From Phoronis australis (Eukaryota > Animalia > Phoronida): a stretch of 64,000 nucleotides of DNA. Below the pieces are notes generated by a model. It saw only the letters and a program-made list of their open reading frames with translations. It had not been told where the DNA came from and searched no databases. Positions 1 to 12,908 of the stretch are shown here, one piece after another. The stretch is from assembly GCA_002633005.1 (NCBI GenBank), contig NMRA01000306.1:358447-422446 (forward strand), written 5' to 3'. The position numbers were made by a program, and so were the translations under genes. How positions within the stretch are numbered: position 1 is the first letter of the stretch; each line of letters begins with the position of its first letter.

Positions 1-268
1 TTATTACTGTCGTATCAGCAGAATCAAACAACATCGGACGATATTCAAATGAATACCAAATTCGCTCACGAGTTCTTCAGGGATAATTTTGGGATAAGCA
101 TATATTAGCCTTTTCTCCTTACAAAATTGAATCGCGTGGAATGCAGAGTTGGAAGAGGACATGAAAAATACAGTTGGTAATGTTTTAATTTTCCTATCAT
201 GACTCTTACGGATACGACATTTTAGTTGTTTGTTGTGCTACTCTAGATAAATGATACTCATGTTTTAT

Positions 269-896
269 CAGGTGTGTCAAAAAGGAGCCACTTTTTGACA
301 AGTAATTTCTCTGCAAAGGATAAACCGATTTTTTCAAATTTCTTACAGATGAACCGTAGAATATCATCAACACATGTACAAAAAGATCTGTGTCCAATTG
401 TTCGAGTATGACTGTGAAATTAAAAACACCAGGTAAAAAATAAAAGGGAAGCTCGCTTATTTCAGTCTATGCTCAATGTGGCCTCCGTATTCCTCCACGA
501 CTATACGGAGTCGTTTCTTCCAATCAGAAAAGCTTTTCCGTATTTCTTCCATCAAGATTTCTTCGCGTGACATAATTATCATGTCTTTTAACTCCTGCTC
601 AGTAAATTGCCTCTCATTCCACGGTAAACAATCTCCCTCAGAGAGTCCCATATGGCTTAGTCTATTGGATTGCAGTCAGGAATGATTGGAGGCCACACAT
701 CCTTTTTGATAAATGTTGCTGTGGCCTCCTTCAGATGAGCCTGAGTTATCTTTCTCGTGTGTGAAGGAGGCCCACCTTGTTGAAACACTTAATTGTTTCC
801 AGGATAAAGTCGCCTGCAATCCGGAAGAATAACTGCATGTAGCGTAGACTATCAACTTTGGCTCTATCTGCGTCGGTAAAATGAATGTTTTTGTAG
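269..896 (-). mobile_element. Truncated Tc1/mariner (maT, DD37D-type) transposon relic: one TIR plus C-terminal transposase fragment
   Basis: The TIR CAGGTGTGTCAAAAAGGAGCCACTTTTTGACAAG at 269 matches the TIR at 61711. The minus strand reads VFQQ[G]GPPSHTRKITQAHLKEATATFIKKDVWPPIIPDCNPID*AIWDS...KKRLRIVVEEYGGHIEHRLK. There are 37 residues between the second catalytic position (mutated D>G) and the third D. Confidence 0.85.
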
Positions 897-3378
897 AGTA
901 CATGTCAACTAGACTATAGCTCACTCCAATATCTCCACATGTCCAAAGCGTTACACTAATGAACATCCAGTGGTACAGCAAAAAGATAAAGAGCATGAAC
1001 TATACGACTGGCGATAAACGATAACGAGCTGATGGATGGGGATTCATTCTACAATTGAGAGAACAGATTGACATCGCAAAAATCACAAAAGTATGTTTAT
1101 CGTGTAATCAAACGAATGCGATTTTGCGCTCAATGAGTTTAAAATGGTACGGGATATCAAAGGTGTGTATAGTTTAGAAAACATCAATGCATTGTTATCA
1201 AAACAATGACTTCATACAAGCTTTTAGAGACGCCTTTCTTTCTATGCCAACAACTCTGGTGTTTTACTGTCCTTCTGAAGGCATTATACTGTTGGAATTG
1301 TTACATTTAGACGGATAACAAAGGTTTTGGGAAAGCACTTCCTTTCCAGTCACCGTGTGGCGAAATGGGGGCGGCTTTCCCGTAATCCGCCATCTTGTGC
1401 ATGCACAAGAGGGACAGTGTTAGGACCTCGGTAGATTGAATATGAATTTAGCCAATAGAGGGGGTTTCAGCGATAGCAATTTAGCGCGCTTGTAATAGTA
1501 GCAGAGCTCTAGTTGTATTAAGAACATGTTTATTTGTTTGTATCGAGTGCTATAAATTCTGACTCTTGTGTGGAGCTAGTGAAACCGTGGCTAACGTTGC
1601 AAATTTCTAGATATTGACAAGCAGCGTGCTCCAAACTGCACGTGCGTACTTGTCAGAAGAAAAACGGGTGCTTGATCTTCCTAAATAATCTAGGGATGGT
1701 TTATTTACAGCTTTTTGACAGTCTAGTAGATGAATTTCTAAAAGATACCTTACTCTCCCGTCCACTTGTAATGGGAAACGGTCTTGAATTCTCACATCAG
1801 GGAATTATCGCACTTCAGTTGAGGTAGAAAAAACGCACTGCATGATTGACATAGTTTGCGAAACTTAGTGCCGTTGACATCAGAACTTCTGCGTCCCAGT
1901 AGGACAAGTGAGGAAAGCTTATCGCATCTTCCTCAACCTTACAATTTGTGTATATCTTCATTGTAACTTAGTGTACAGAAATAAAATGTGGCTTCAGGAT
2001 GTCACGTTACAAAATGATTTTACTGTAAGGTGGTGATTTAAACGGCAGGAGTGCACAACTGTGGGGAAAGTGCACCACGGATGCTAAGAGTTGTAGGTAA
2101 CTGCCGCAGAATCACAGAAGGCTCTGTGTAGCATATTGTTTACTTGTTCCCAACTAAATATTCAGTATAATGGACGAAACCGTGAATGGGTGTATATATT
2201 TCGGGTATCAAAAGCTCATTTCATAATTAACTGTCCGCAAAGTTGTTGACGATTCGTATACAGATTACTAATACTTTGATACCTATGGCGACACTTTTAT
2301 TATATATCGATCATTTCTCGTGACCGATTATTTCTAATCTCTAGTTTGACCAACGGCATAATAACTGATGCGACTCGTTGCAAAACTCTACAGGCACTTC
2401 GTTTTAACTCTCTTACTGCAGGCGTTTTCAGAAAAAGAAACCGGAGGATAATTTACAAGATCATTTTGGCAATCATTTGAAGTTAGAAAATACAATTTCT
2501 CTTGATCTCATCACAAAACCACAGCGTGTCTAAAAATAAAATCAATAAAAAGAATAAATTGTTCCCACAGATCGAGCACGTTTCAATCATTCCTCGTTAG
2601 TTATGTTATTTGCTGGCAGTGTGCCGTCGCTCGGGACTCGTCGTTTCTTACAGATGACTGGGTATAACCTGTGATCGCGAATGAGCTGCACTCCACGTTC
2701 TAGGGCGTTGGGTTGCGATGTATAAAAACTTGAAATGAGAAATCTAAAAGTCAACTGTGTTAAATTTAGTGATCATCTGATATCCTTACACAAAGTGTAG
2801 ACCCAAGTAACGCCTGTCAATCACACTGTGTTCGGCTCCCCTGTAACTGACGGTGTCTTTGTATCATTTCTTGTAGTTGGTCCTAGCAAGGTGGCCACTC
2901 CGAAACATGACAAGCCGACTTAAATCCATAGTTGGTTTTACCACGGACACAAAATGCCACGCTTATCTTATCTTACGTTTTAAATAAATCCCCTTCATTT
3001 TTTGGGGTTTATCGCGCCATTAATTCATCAGCTGCGGACACGGCATAAAAATTTGAGTGAGTTTGCGACTATGCGTACTCTCCCTAATGAATGATTAAGT
3101 GCCATCTGTCAGCCCACAATCCGGTATTTAGTCCAGGATTTAACGGTGTCATATCGTTTCAAGAAGTAATACCATATGTTTACGTTTTGACCCAAATGTG
3201 TCTATTAATGAATCCAATACACGCGAACAAAGCCAGAGAAAATTTTAAACATAATTGTTCTGTGACGGAATCTTGTCTTAGCTGTAACAAGAATTTTACG
3301 TGGATTCCACCAAGAATTGAATGAAACGCTTGGGACAAAGAACAGTCAAATAACATTCAGTGTTAAAACATGCGGAGA

Positions 3379-3495
3379 GATAAACACCATACGCGTGTAA
3401 GTGAAGCTTAGAAGCACGTGCCTACTATACTTCTGAAAACACGTTAAGGGATAACCACTTACGCGTGTAAGTGAGGTTTAGGCGCACGTGCCTAT
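3379..3495. repeat. Short direct repeat, two copies with ~70-bp period
   Basis: GATAA..CAC..TACGCGTGTAAGTGA.G.TTAG..GCACGTGCCTA occurs at ~3379 and ~3450. Confidence 0.8.
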
Positions 3496-6447
3496 GCAAA
3501 AATCATTAAAAATGTTTGTTGGACAAAAACATCATTTATTTCGAATGACGCCGCCCGAGACTAAATGCGATGAACATTTACAAAGCTTATGACAACACAA
3601 GAGTAATGGTCACTGTTGTTCGGGACTACATGTACGTACATGTATAAACCAATTAATCGGCACAACACAACGTTCATTCTCAGGCATTTACCCACAATGC
3701 AACACATGACTCAAGCCTTTGTTTTGCTTCCTTAGGACCAAATGTAGTAGTCACTCTCCTTTAACCTATTAGTGCAATTCATCATTGTAATGGAGGGGAA
3801 ATTGTGAAATTGCATTTCGAGAAATAGACATACGAATGGCAAATACATGTCTCAGCGATGTTGGATGTGCTTCCCTTGATAATCAGCTCTGTCGAGTTTC
3901 TGTAGGTATATTTAGATAGCCCAGTGAGCGTATATATGGGTAATCCTCCGCAGATACACTGTACGACCATTTGGGAAATATGCATAGTTGAACCCTAAAA
4001 CGTTACCCAGTTTTACCAAAACAGCAAATAAAATAAATTTGCAAAAATAAACTCCTGGCTGTCTTTGGGTTCATACCTGTGATTTTATCACAGTGTATTT
4101 GATAATTCGATACGTTAATCAAAATTCTCAAAGTTCCGCCAATTTCTGGTTCTTTGTACAGGTTCATCATCAATACTGCTGCATTAAGGCCGGTATCTTC
4201 CCTAACAGGTTCACCGAAAACGTCCTCTTCACTATGTACGCTACACCATCAGTCCCAGTACAAGCAGACAACATACGTCTATTTCAAAGTTTGGATTTCG
4301 ATTTTCTAGTTTAGTGCCTCAATGTTCTCAACATTCTCTCATATGATACTTTTCTTTCTACTGCAATCGTATTTTCACCGTAACAACATATTTTCATCAC
4401 TGGTATTTGAATGGGAAATAAATGTCCCGGGAATTTTCCATTTGCGCACCGGCTAAATATGTAACCGGACAAGATGCCGATTCCCGATCATGGCCGTCAG
4501 TTGTGTTAACAACAAAAATGACTGGTAAAAAGTATTATGGCGGGAAATTTGCAATTGCAGAAAGCTTGAGCAATTTTACTATTTTTCTTGTTAACCCCGT
4601 TTCATTCTCGGTCATGAGGGAAGGCTATTATGAGGATGAATTCAGCTTCCGCAAAGTCGTCATTACCTGGACTTCCGGGTCACACTGTCTGAAAACTTTT
4701 GCCGTGACACCGGATCGAATTTTCGCTATTTCCAAACTTACGGTCTGGCGTGTATGTGGACTTGTTGTTTGGTCTTTAAATTCATACTTTCTGAATTATT
4801 ATGCTGCATTTTTCCAAAGAATTTTCCTGTACCTGCGATTTGCACATGCATACATTGCCTTCGCCATGTGCAATCAGCTTTAATGACTAAAAAATCAAGT
4901 GCATCGTGTATCGAGGGTAGACTTCATATCAGGACGTTACGAACAAACCTCGGCCATGGCAAAAGCTTATGATAATCAGAGTTAGCCACAAACTATAGTA
5001 ACAGCATACTCTGTTATTGCTACACTAATACTCCGTGTGTAGTTCAGTTCTTGCCAAGAAGGTAGGTTGATCGCACTCGTTGAACGTTAGTTACGACGTC
5101 TGAAAATTGCCCTTATGTTGCAGCAAAACTGTTAATTACTGGCAACATTATTTTGTGTCACGCCGTCGACATCCTCACAGTAAAATTATGGCACTTCACA
5201 TTTACACTCTTATCCGACAGTGAAAAACATGATCGATATTATACATTTAAGAGTATACTAGTCTGTTAGTTGTCACTCGATTTTTCTCACGTAAGTAAGA
5301 CACTTCACATTCTAGCGGCGTTTCACCCCATACTTACATGGAGTATCGTTTTGCAGCCTACTGATTAGCCGAAATTAGGTTGGGTACTCATGTAAAAAGT
5401 ATTGCTGCGCGCATGATTGGCGTAGTCTCGCCCGTAAGCTATGCAAAAGCCGGGGTAGTGCTATGCTGCGCAGAAATCATGACGTATAGTAGCTTAGTTA
5501 TGGAAAGGCTTTCGTAAAAGCTACACACTTTCTGCGTCCAATGCTTTACACAGAAAGCCACTGGCAAAACATGCATTTTGGCATCCATCTCAGTGTTCAT
5601 GTACGTCTTTCATCGTATTGCTCGTAGGCCAGCGGAGTCAGAGAGAGAACAGCGTATTAGTCGATACACAGAATCACGCAACTCTACGCAGGCTCACAAC
5701 GAGCACTTCGAAAAACCTGCAGTTCACGCAGCATATCGAACTACGCCAACAAAACTATTTTAAGACCATAATGAATAGAAGCTCTACTTATTCTCATTCC
5801 ACAGTAATACTAACACCGATGGCTTCCACCAATGTGCACCTGTTTACCTAAAAGTTCAATGCACACGTAAAGTAGACTCTTCTACGTGCGTGTGTTCTAT
5901 GAAGAACGCAGTTTTGGTTGCAAAGCATAATTTTACTCAAACCAATCAGGTTGAGAGTCGCGTGATGAATTACCTTTTGACACTCTAATTACTACATAAT
6001 TTTTCATGACATAGTCTTAATACCATTTGAGCCCACGCCGACGACAAAATAATAGCTCCTTTAAGTGAGATTGCGTGCTGCCAGCTCATTTACTTCACAA
6101 GCCAACTCCAGCGTGTACTAGTTCACTAATATCCGGACAAAGTTATCTCCACATGTAACCGTGCACATGTGATATTTTCAGATGAAAAAGTATGACATTG
6201 CCTTAAAGTGTACACAACATGACTCTAGTACCTCAAAATAAATTTTATTATTATATCTTACTTGATTTCAGTGCCTTTAGTGCACAGCTCATAAAGAAAC
6301 ACGCAAAAATTGAAAAAAATAATAATTATGTACAACGTCATGGGTTGAACTCAAGTCGTTCGCCATACCGTTCGGATCAGAGACAAAGTGTATAGATTGA
6401 AGAGAATGCAAAGTACATTTAGCGTCGAGAAGGTTCGTAGAGGGATC

Positions 6448-6682
6448 AAAAGATGTGTTTCCGGAGCCTGCAGCAACAACATCCAGGCGGAAACTTCTCG
6501 GTGTTCCGAAGGACACCAAAGTTGCGCAGAAGTGGCATGACTTCGTGCGCCGAACGAGAGTGTGGGACGTCATCGTGGACCAAGCGATTCGGTCCGGGGC
6601 CACTCTGTGTTCTGCCCACTTTGAGGACACGTGTTTCGACTCCAGTCACAGGAGACGTTACGATGAAGGCCTGGTTCAATAA
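6448..6682 (+). pseudogene. THAP (C2CH zinc finger) domain relic of a Kolobok transposase, frameshifted
   Basis: RCVSGACSN, then after a frameshift PKDTKVAQKWHDFVRRTR...LCSAHFEDTCF. This is the C-x4-C, P-K, W, C-x2-H-F THAP signature. Confidence 0.85.
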
Positions 6683-6699
6683 AGGGCAATATTTATCAT

Positions 6700-6969
6700 T
6701 CAGAAACATCAGCTCTTAATTCAGGATCGTCTGTTGGATGACTGGGTTCAGTTGACTCGCCGAGCCCGAGGCCGCTTCTCTCGCGGGAGGATCCAGTTCA
6801 TAAGGCTCAAAGTAGAAAAGTACGCAGCCGGAAGCACATTAAACTTGTTCTCGCTTTCGTGCAACCCCATTTCCTCATCCTGGCCACCATTCCCATACGT
6901 TTCTTCATAGTATTCGTTCAATTCTTGCTCTTAATCATCGTCACTTTCAAATTCCCTGGTCTCCGCCAT
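6700..6969 (-). pseudogene. KolX-like (Kolobok accessory protein) N-terminal relic
   Basis: Acidic N-terminus MAETREFESDD*EQELNEYYEE..., then frameshifted FYFEP and RADVSE(W) motifs. Layout matches the KolX fragment at 37500-37732. Confidence 0.55.
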
Positions 6970-9900
6970 TGTTCAATGCTAGTCACTGATCTCTTGTGTT
7001 CAACCCATGACGTCACATGGCGGGAAATGTGAAAATTGGCAAAATTGAAAGAAAAATCAAAATTTTGAGCTAATTACACAAAATAAACATGGGTTTAGCT
7101 AAATTTTACGTCATACATTTAGTCTGTGGCCACCGGTAATTCAAAATGTGCAAAAATCCATGGTGTGTACTGTTTAAGGTAGCATTGGGCGTCAAAGCAA
7201 TGTCAAACGACCATCTCTGCTTTTGATAACCGTGCTTCATTTCGTCTGCTTCTCTTAATCCTAAATCGTCTCTTTGTAGAAGTATTTTTGAAGGTACTCA
7301 CGAAATGTCGCCTGTTAAGCTCCGGAAGACATACGTGTATTAAAAGCAAGTGTATTATGACCAGGGTGGAAATAATACGAGCTAGCTTTAAAGTGTTTAT
7401 TGAAACGTTTTAATATTTTGTCTTGGCAGGTAAATCAAACATGGAGCCTTCATTGGCACTAATAATAGAATCAAAATTTACGTTATCTCAATATGAATTT
7501 CAGGTAGTCATCTCGAGTGGAAATCGTTTAGTAGTAAAATAAAAGACCTCGCAAACTTTCGGAAACAGGGAGAGTTTGTTCCTGAAAAATGTTTTGTTTT
7601 TCGTAGTCTTGTCTTTTACACTCACTGACGTTGTGTTCTTTGGAAACTCTACAAACAGCAAAAATTTTCATTTTGGCCTATACTTGAGAGTTTTTCCGGA
7701 TATGGGCCAGTAGCTGGGCCTTTGGGGGCAATGTCTGTGGGTATTCCTGGTCAGTAGACTCATAATTATTTTAATGCTTGATATAAGAAACCCTACATAT
7801 ACATGCATATCTTTCGAACATGATTTGACTATAAGCTCTAATTCGGTTGTTAAGAGTACGACGACGACGACGAAGAACGAATAGTGACTAGAGAAATTTG
7901 CAATACTCATCGATTACATGATGCTAAATTAGTACATGTATTAAGAAACGTTTCAAATATCGATTCTGCGAAATCGTTTTCAATGGCGATAAGCATTCAT
8001 TCTTTAAACCGGAACACAGCTACCCTGTACCGCGGTATAACTTATGTTTTCACCATAAAACGACTCACAAATTCCGTTTTTCAACACAACAATCATTTCT
8101 AATCAGGAGAATTATATGCATATTCGTTCAAAATATAAGCAAAGCAACTAAAGTTTTATGATGTTTTGAAGAACAACGCACAGCGAAAGCGCTAGAGTCA
8201 GCCAAAGACTTAAGTTAATGTTGGCCTTAGTTGTCATGTGTCGTCATTTTGTGTTTGCCAGGGAACCCCCCATGGCGATAAACGAACGCAGGTACATGTA
8301 CTGCACCCTGTATCGTTATATGTTCGTGGTTTTTCCAAAATATTCTCTTCTTTCTTTCACTCGCACTAAGGTACAGTACTTTTAAACAGACAATACTTGA
8401 AAGTATTGCCTACATGTACATGTATGTCCTAGCACCTCCTTGCTTGCAATGAATCAGCACCACACCTAAGTCTTAAAATCATTCGCACAGGGTGCAATAT
8501 TACTTTCGTGTCCATTTGCCAGGAAAGTCGATAGAAATACGTAAACGTAAGTGCTTTACAAAGCACGAATTTCTTTCTCTGATATTTGAGGAGGCAATTC
8601 TGATTCGTAAGATAAACCGCGTGTTCCTCAGAATCCTGAAAACTACAAGTACATTCGTGCAATTCAGACCTGAGTGGCATGGCACAGGTGTTAGAGGTCT
8701 GCGTGATTTGCTTTCCTTTTTGAATCAGACACGCGCAATCCTTTTTCATACGCGATAATTTACCTGTCGAAAGCACTGACGTTAGAGCAGCGCAGTAATA
8801 CAATGCAGGTACAGTATTTCAACGACGTCACAATGAAAATACAGATGACCGTTTCGTGTTTTTCACCAGCTGTTGTCGATACGATCACATGAGTCTTACC
8901 TGTAACAGTCAATCACCACCAGAATTGTACACAGCACGCAAATTGTTACCGGAGTGATGTCAAAATCAATTTACAAGTCTGAACCGAGTGTGTTGCAAAT
9001 AAGAATAAATGCGTCAAATATCTGTCGCTGTACCGGGATTTTGCAAAACACGATCTCCTCATCTAGTTTTTGTATGACGTTTCTTTAACTGTTCACAGGT
9101 GCTGAGTTGAATGCTTAATTTAGCACAAAAATCTGAAAAACAGATCAAGCTCTTAGTTCACCTGTGAAGTTGAGAAACTCTACGTATGCTAATTAACTAC
9201 ATGTACCACCAGCCGTTAGAAGTCTACATTCTTATCCACTGACAAGTAAACGGACTGTGGATAGATTTGACGCTGTCTAAAAATTCGTTCCATTCAATAG
9301 GCCATCCGCGTTCTACTTTTAGGTTTAAACCTGCTGTAGCTCGGGACTGAAAGAATTGATATCAGAAGGGATGCGATCAATTGCATTATTATAACGAAAA
9401 TCATCTCTTCTACAGAAGAAATGATATGTATTCCCGTACCGCTTTCTCCCGTTATTCAACTCAACGGACACTTACAGCGCCGATCTCTTTCCTAGTTGGC
9501 TAGTGCATACCTACCAACCAATTTCTGTTGGAAAAAGGTAGAATTGTGAATTGCTGTGTGTGCCGAAGGAAAAGCGTAGGCTAGGGGAGTAGGTGGCCTG
9601 CCTTCTATGCGAAAGTTTGAAAAAATCAAACAGAATGGTGTAATCTCCTTTATTTCAACAATTCCTTAAAATACAAAAACACAGTTTAGAGATGAAAAAA
9701 TAAAACATGACATGGAACAAATACCAAAATTTTGAAATAAAACTTCGGGCAGAAGGATGAACCGATCAGTAACACAACTTTTTAAAAAAGTATTCCTGAA
9801 GTTTTGAGACGGGAAGTGATTGATGAAGCTCAAAGTCCAAGACCTGGGCAGTGCAATTGGATAATAAAAAGCATATTTTCATATTCCAGTTGTTCGTATA

Positions 9901-11487
9901 AACCTCTCTATTCAAGCCCGCCCGTAGACTAATCTCACCTGGACCGACGGTGTAGCCGCTGTCGTAAGGTGCTTACAACGGAGGTGCTCGGTGAAAGGTG
10001 AAAGTGCGAAAAGAAATGAAAAACTATTCTGTACAAAAAAGTCGTGGAAGGCATTATGTCGTAGAGGGCTGTCACAAAAGCCAGAAGAAGCTGTACCCAT
10101 GGAAGTAATCAATTTGCAGTGGACATGGCGAAAAGCGTCAAGATTGCCGTGTTTGCCGCTGTTCAAGATGTTTTGTATTCACAAGAACTCAATAAGCCGG
10201 AGACAATCGTTACATGTGCGCGCAATTAATAGAAAATAATGCAATAAAATTTAAACGATTCTCTGTAATTGAAGAAGGTGGGTCAAATGTAATTTTTAGT
10301 TAAAATACGATATTGACATTTGTCAAATATTGATGAAACTGGTCGAGTGAGCCAGAAATAGTGAAGCAGAACCACAAACTAAGAATTAATAAGAACAATT
10401 ACTACAAAGCGAGGTGGTTCAAACCCCTTTTTAAGATTAGTTTACATGAATTCTTTCGATATGATAGTGGAATTTTAGGTCAGCTAGTTGACATCGGCAA
10501 GAACAATTCACCATCTTTAGCCTAAGAACCGGCCACTGACAGCTGCTCTCCCTCATGCATCGCCTGAAAATCTCAAACAGACGAGTGCCCCTGTGGCATT
10601 GGCCCCCAGACACCGGAGCATTTACTACAGAGATGCCTTACGTTAGACGTCAAACATGGCCTAGTCCAGTGGAACTCAAAGAAACACTGTAGGGCGCGAC
10701 AGCGTCTTTGCGGCGAACCGCAGATTTTGTCCAAAAGACCAGACTCTCCATCTAAACTACATGGCCGCTGAAGAAGAAGAAGAAAAAGATATCGTACCTG
10801 GGTGGCGACCAGGTGCGGTACTTTCCTACGCCTATGTATTATTTAAATAAAAATAAAAGTTTTTGGGGGCTATTTTATGAAGTCTGTGTAAAGGTAAAAT
10901 TTAAAAAAGTGTCATCTTCACAACGTCGGTTGTTATTGTTAAGTTTGAATATTTAGACATCGAGCAGTAAAGAAAAAAAAACAATTATACAGTACACGAT
11001 ATCGCTATCTGGTGCGATTATTTTTATTACATTATTTTGAGCTTAATGAGAAATGAAGCTAAGTGGCTGCCCATTTTGCAAGTTACGAAAAAACTCAAAG
11101 ACTAACTCGATGTCACATGCATAAGATGCTTGCAGCAAATCCAGTTGTGGCGCGCCTTCTTCCTTAAAATTGCAGTACACCGAGTTAATTGATTACGATG
11201 ATGAAAATTCAACTTGAACCGATTTTTTCATAATAAGACATCGAAACGAACAATCATCTTCGATTAGGATACAAAAAATCCCCAAAGCCGCGTGTTCTTG
11301 GATTATGCAACGGTGGCGTGGAAAATCCGGGTGTCCCCAGGAAGGATCAGTGACCTCCATTAATTGAACGCATGCGTACATGTACGTGTTAGTGATTGTT
11401 CACCGCTGACAGCCGCACAGTTTGTGATTTAGCTGGCGACTGTGGACAGTTTGGGTCATCACATAAGCACCTCGAGAAATTTACACT

Positions 11488-11557
11488 CATGGGCGGCGCA
11501 CCATAGGGGGCCGAAGGGGCTTTAGCCCCCACTTTTTTCAGTGCTGCGCCGCCCATG
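11488..11557. mobile_element. 70-bp MITE with 13-bp TIRs and 5-bp TSD
   Basis: Perfect TIR CATGGGCGGCGCA / TGCGCCGCCCATG. ACACT flanks both ends (11483-11487 and 11558-11562). Related copies at 36166-36301. Confidence 0.8.
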
Positions 11558-12074
11558 ACACTGGGACTGAATTAACCAAAAAGAAACGGCACGAGGAAGA
11601 ACCTTGCTGGAAAAAATACAATACTAAGGGGGCAAATGGATTGCAGCTCGAAAAATGGATCGCTCCACATTAGAAACTGGACATGGAAAAAGCGACGAAC
11701 TTGCCGCAGTTTCATTGGACTGGAGAAGCCAGTCGACTAATTGAAAACGACTCTTTTTACTGGCCTTAAGTAACTCAATCGACCATCGAGTTCAGCAAGC
11801 AGTTCCCGCCATCTTTTGATATGCTCTGTCATTTCTCGGTCACTTTGTACCTCACCCCTTCTTCAGTCACAGAGTGCCAGTTGCATTGTGACTATGACTG
11901 GTGTACCGTAGCAAGAACGCTGCACACGTACACATATGATGTGCCATCACCACCACAGCGACGGATGCAGAATTCGACATGCATGTACATGTAATGCAGT
12001 TATGTGCAGTAGTTAGTGTTGTGATTGATACCAACAATGTGTGAATTGTAATAACAACCTGTTCTCTGCCAGCT

Positions 12075-12908
12075 TGAGATATAAATATAGATTATTACAT
12101 GGCGAAGTCGTTATCCCCGTTATCTAGAGCCCGAGTGGATTTTGGAAAATTATCGCAGGATTGGCGTTAGCCCCGAGGGTGATAATTCTACAAAATCCAC
12201 GAGGGCTCTAGATAAGGGGGGTAACGACTGAGAACATGTAATAATCTATTTATACCACATACTGAACAAGAAACATTACAATGAATCGATCTACCTTTCT
12301 CGACTCGCCTCGGCTTTGTAACTACTTTCTATGTCAGAGGCCCGGGGTCGGAGGTCGTGACCTTTTAAGAAAAGCCTATATTTTTTGAAAAATAATGCTT
12401 TTACTCAAAACCAATTGAAAAATAAAACAAAATAGAATTAAAGTGAATCTATAAATTAAGGTTTAGCAACTGATGTAGCTTACTAACATTATATCACGCT
12501 AAGCTTCGACCGGGAATATCGTCTGCTAAAGTAGGTTACCACTAGTAACTGACTATAATGCTCAAGTCAAAGGATCCCGACCACACAACACCTGCATTCA
12601 AATTGGAGATCGGTGATTTACAAGTGAGAGAACACGAGAGAAAAAATTCACTGAATTAAAATATCGTTTTAATGGAAATTATGCGTCTTATATTTCATAG
12701 CGTGTAATTGTCGGTGCAATGCCCTTTGCTGACTGATGCGCGTGATCATTTAAGTATTCCAATGGTGTAGTGGTAAAGTCGGCTACTCGCGACTGTTGAG
12801 GCCCGGGTTCGAATCCGGCTTCGGTTTCCCGCCAAAACGTTAGGTCACTACTTTAAGGATTATTACACGGTTGTATCTGCCATTCGAGGCTAATATTGTG
12901 GTATAATA
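12075..12908. mobile_element. Non-coding hairpin element, Crypton-like (inferred)
   Basis: Imperfect inverted arms of ~75 bp within 12081-12254. Inverted motif pair TTATACCACA (12250) / TGTGGTATAA (12897). The left arm recurs in reverse complement at 60449-60529. Confidence 0.55.
12756..12827 (+). pseudogene. tRNA-derived sequence (A/B-box Pol III promoter; SINE head or tRNA pseudogene)
   Basis: A-box TGGTGTAGTGG at 12763 and B-box GGTTCGAATCC at 12806 with tRNA spacing. Acceptor, anticodon and T stems pair poorly, so it is not a functional tRNA. Confidence 0.7.

Larger units (their letters stand above)
6207..7173 (+). mobile_element. Non-autonomous Kolobok-type DNA transposon (family A), internally deleted
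   Basis: TTAA flanks at 6203-6206 and 7174-7177. Imperfect TIR AGTGTACACAACATG / CATGGTGTGTACTGT. THAP relic on + strand and KolX-like N-terminus on - strand. Confidence 0.75.

Noticed and set aside
4422-4883. 153-aa ORF as a host gene
   Set aside because: No recognisable domain, splice context or compositional support.
7174-7850. TTAAGGTAGCA as the start of another Kolobok terminal repeat
   Set aside because: No matching right-hand TIR with TTAA was found nearby.
12756-12827. Functional tRNA gene (possible CGC anticodon)
   Set aside because: The acceptor, anticodon and T stems do not pair properly.
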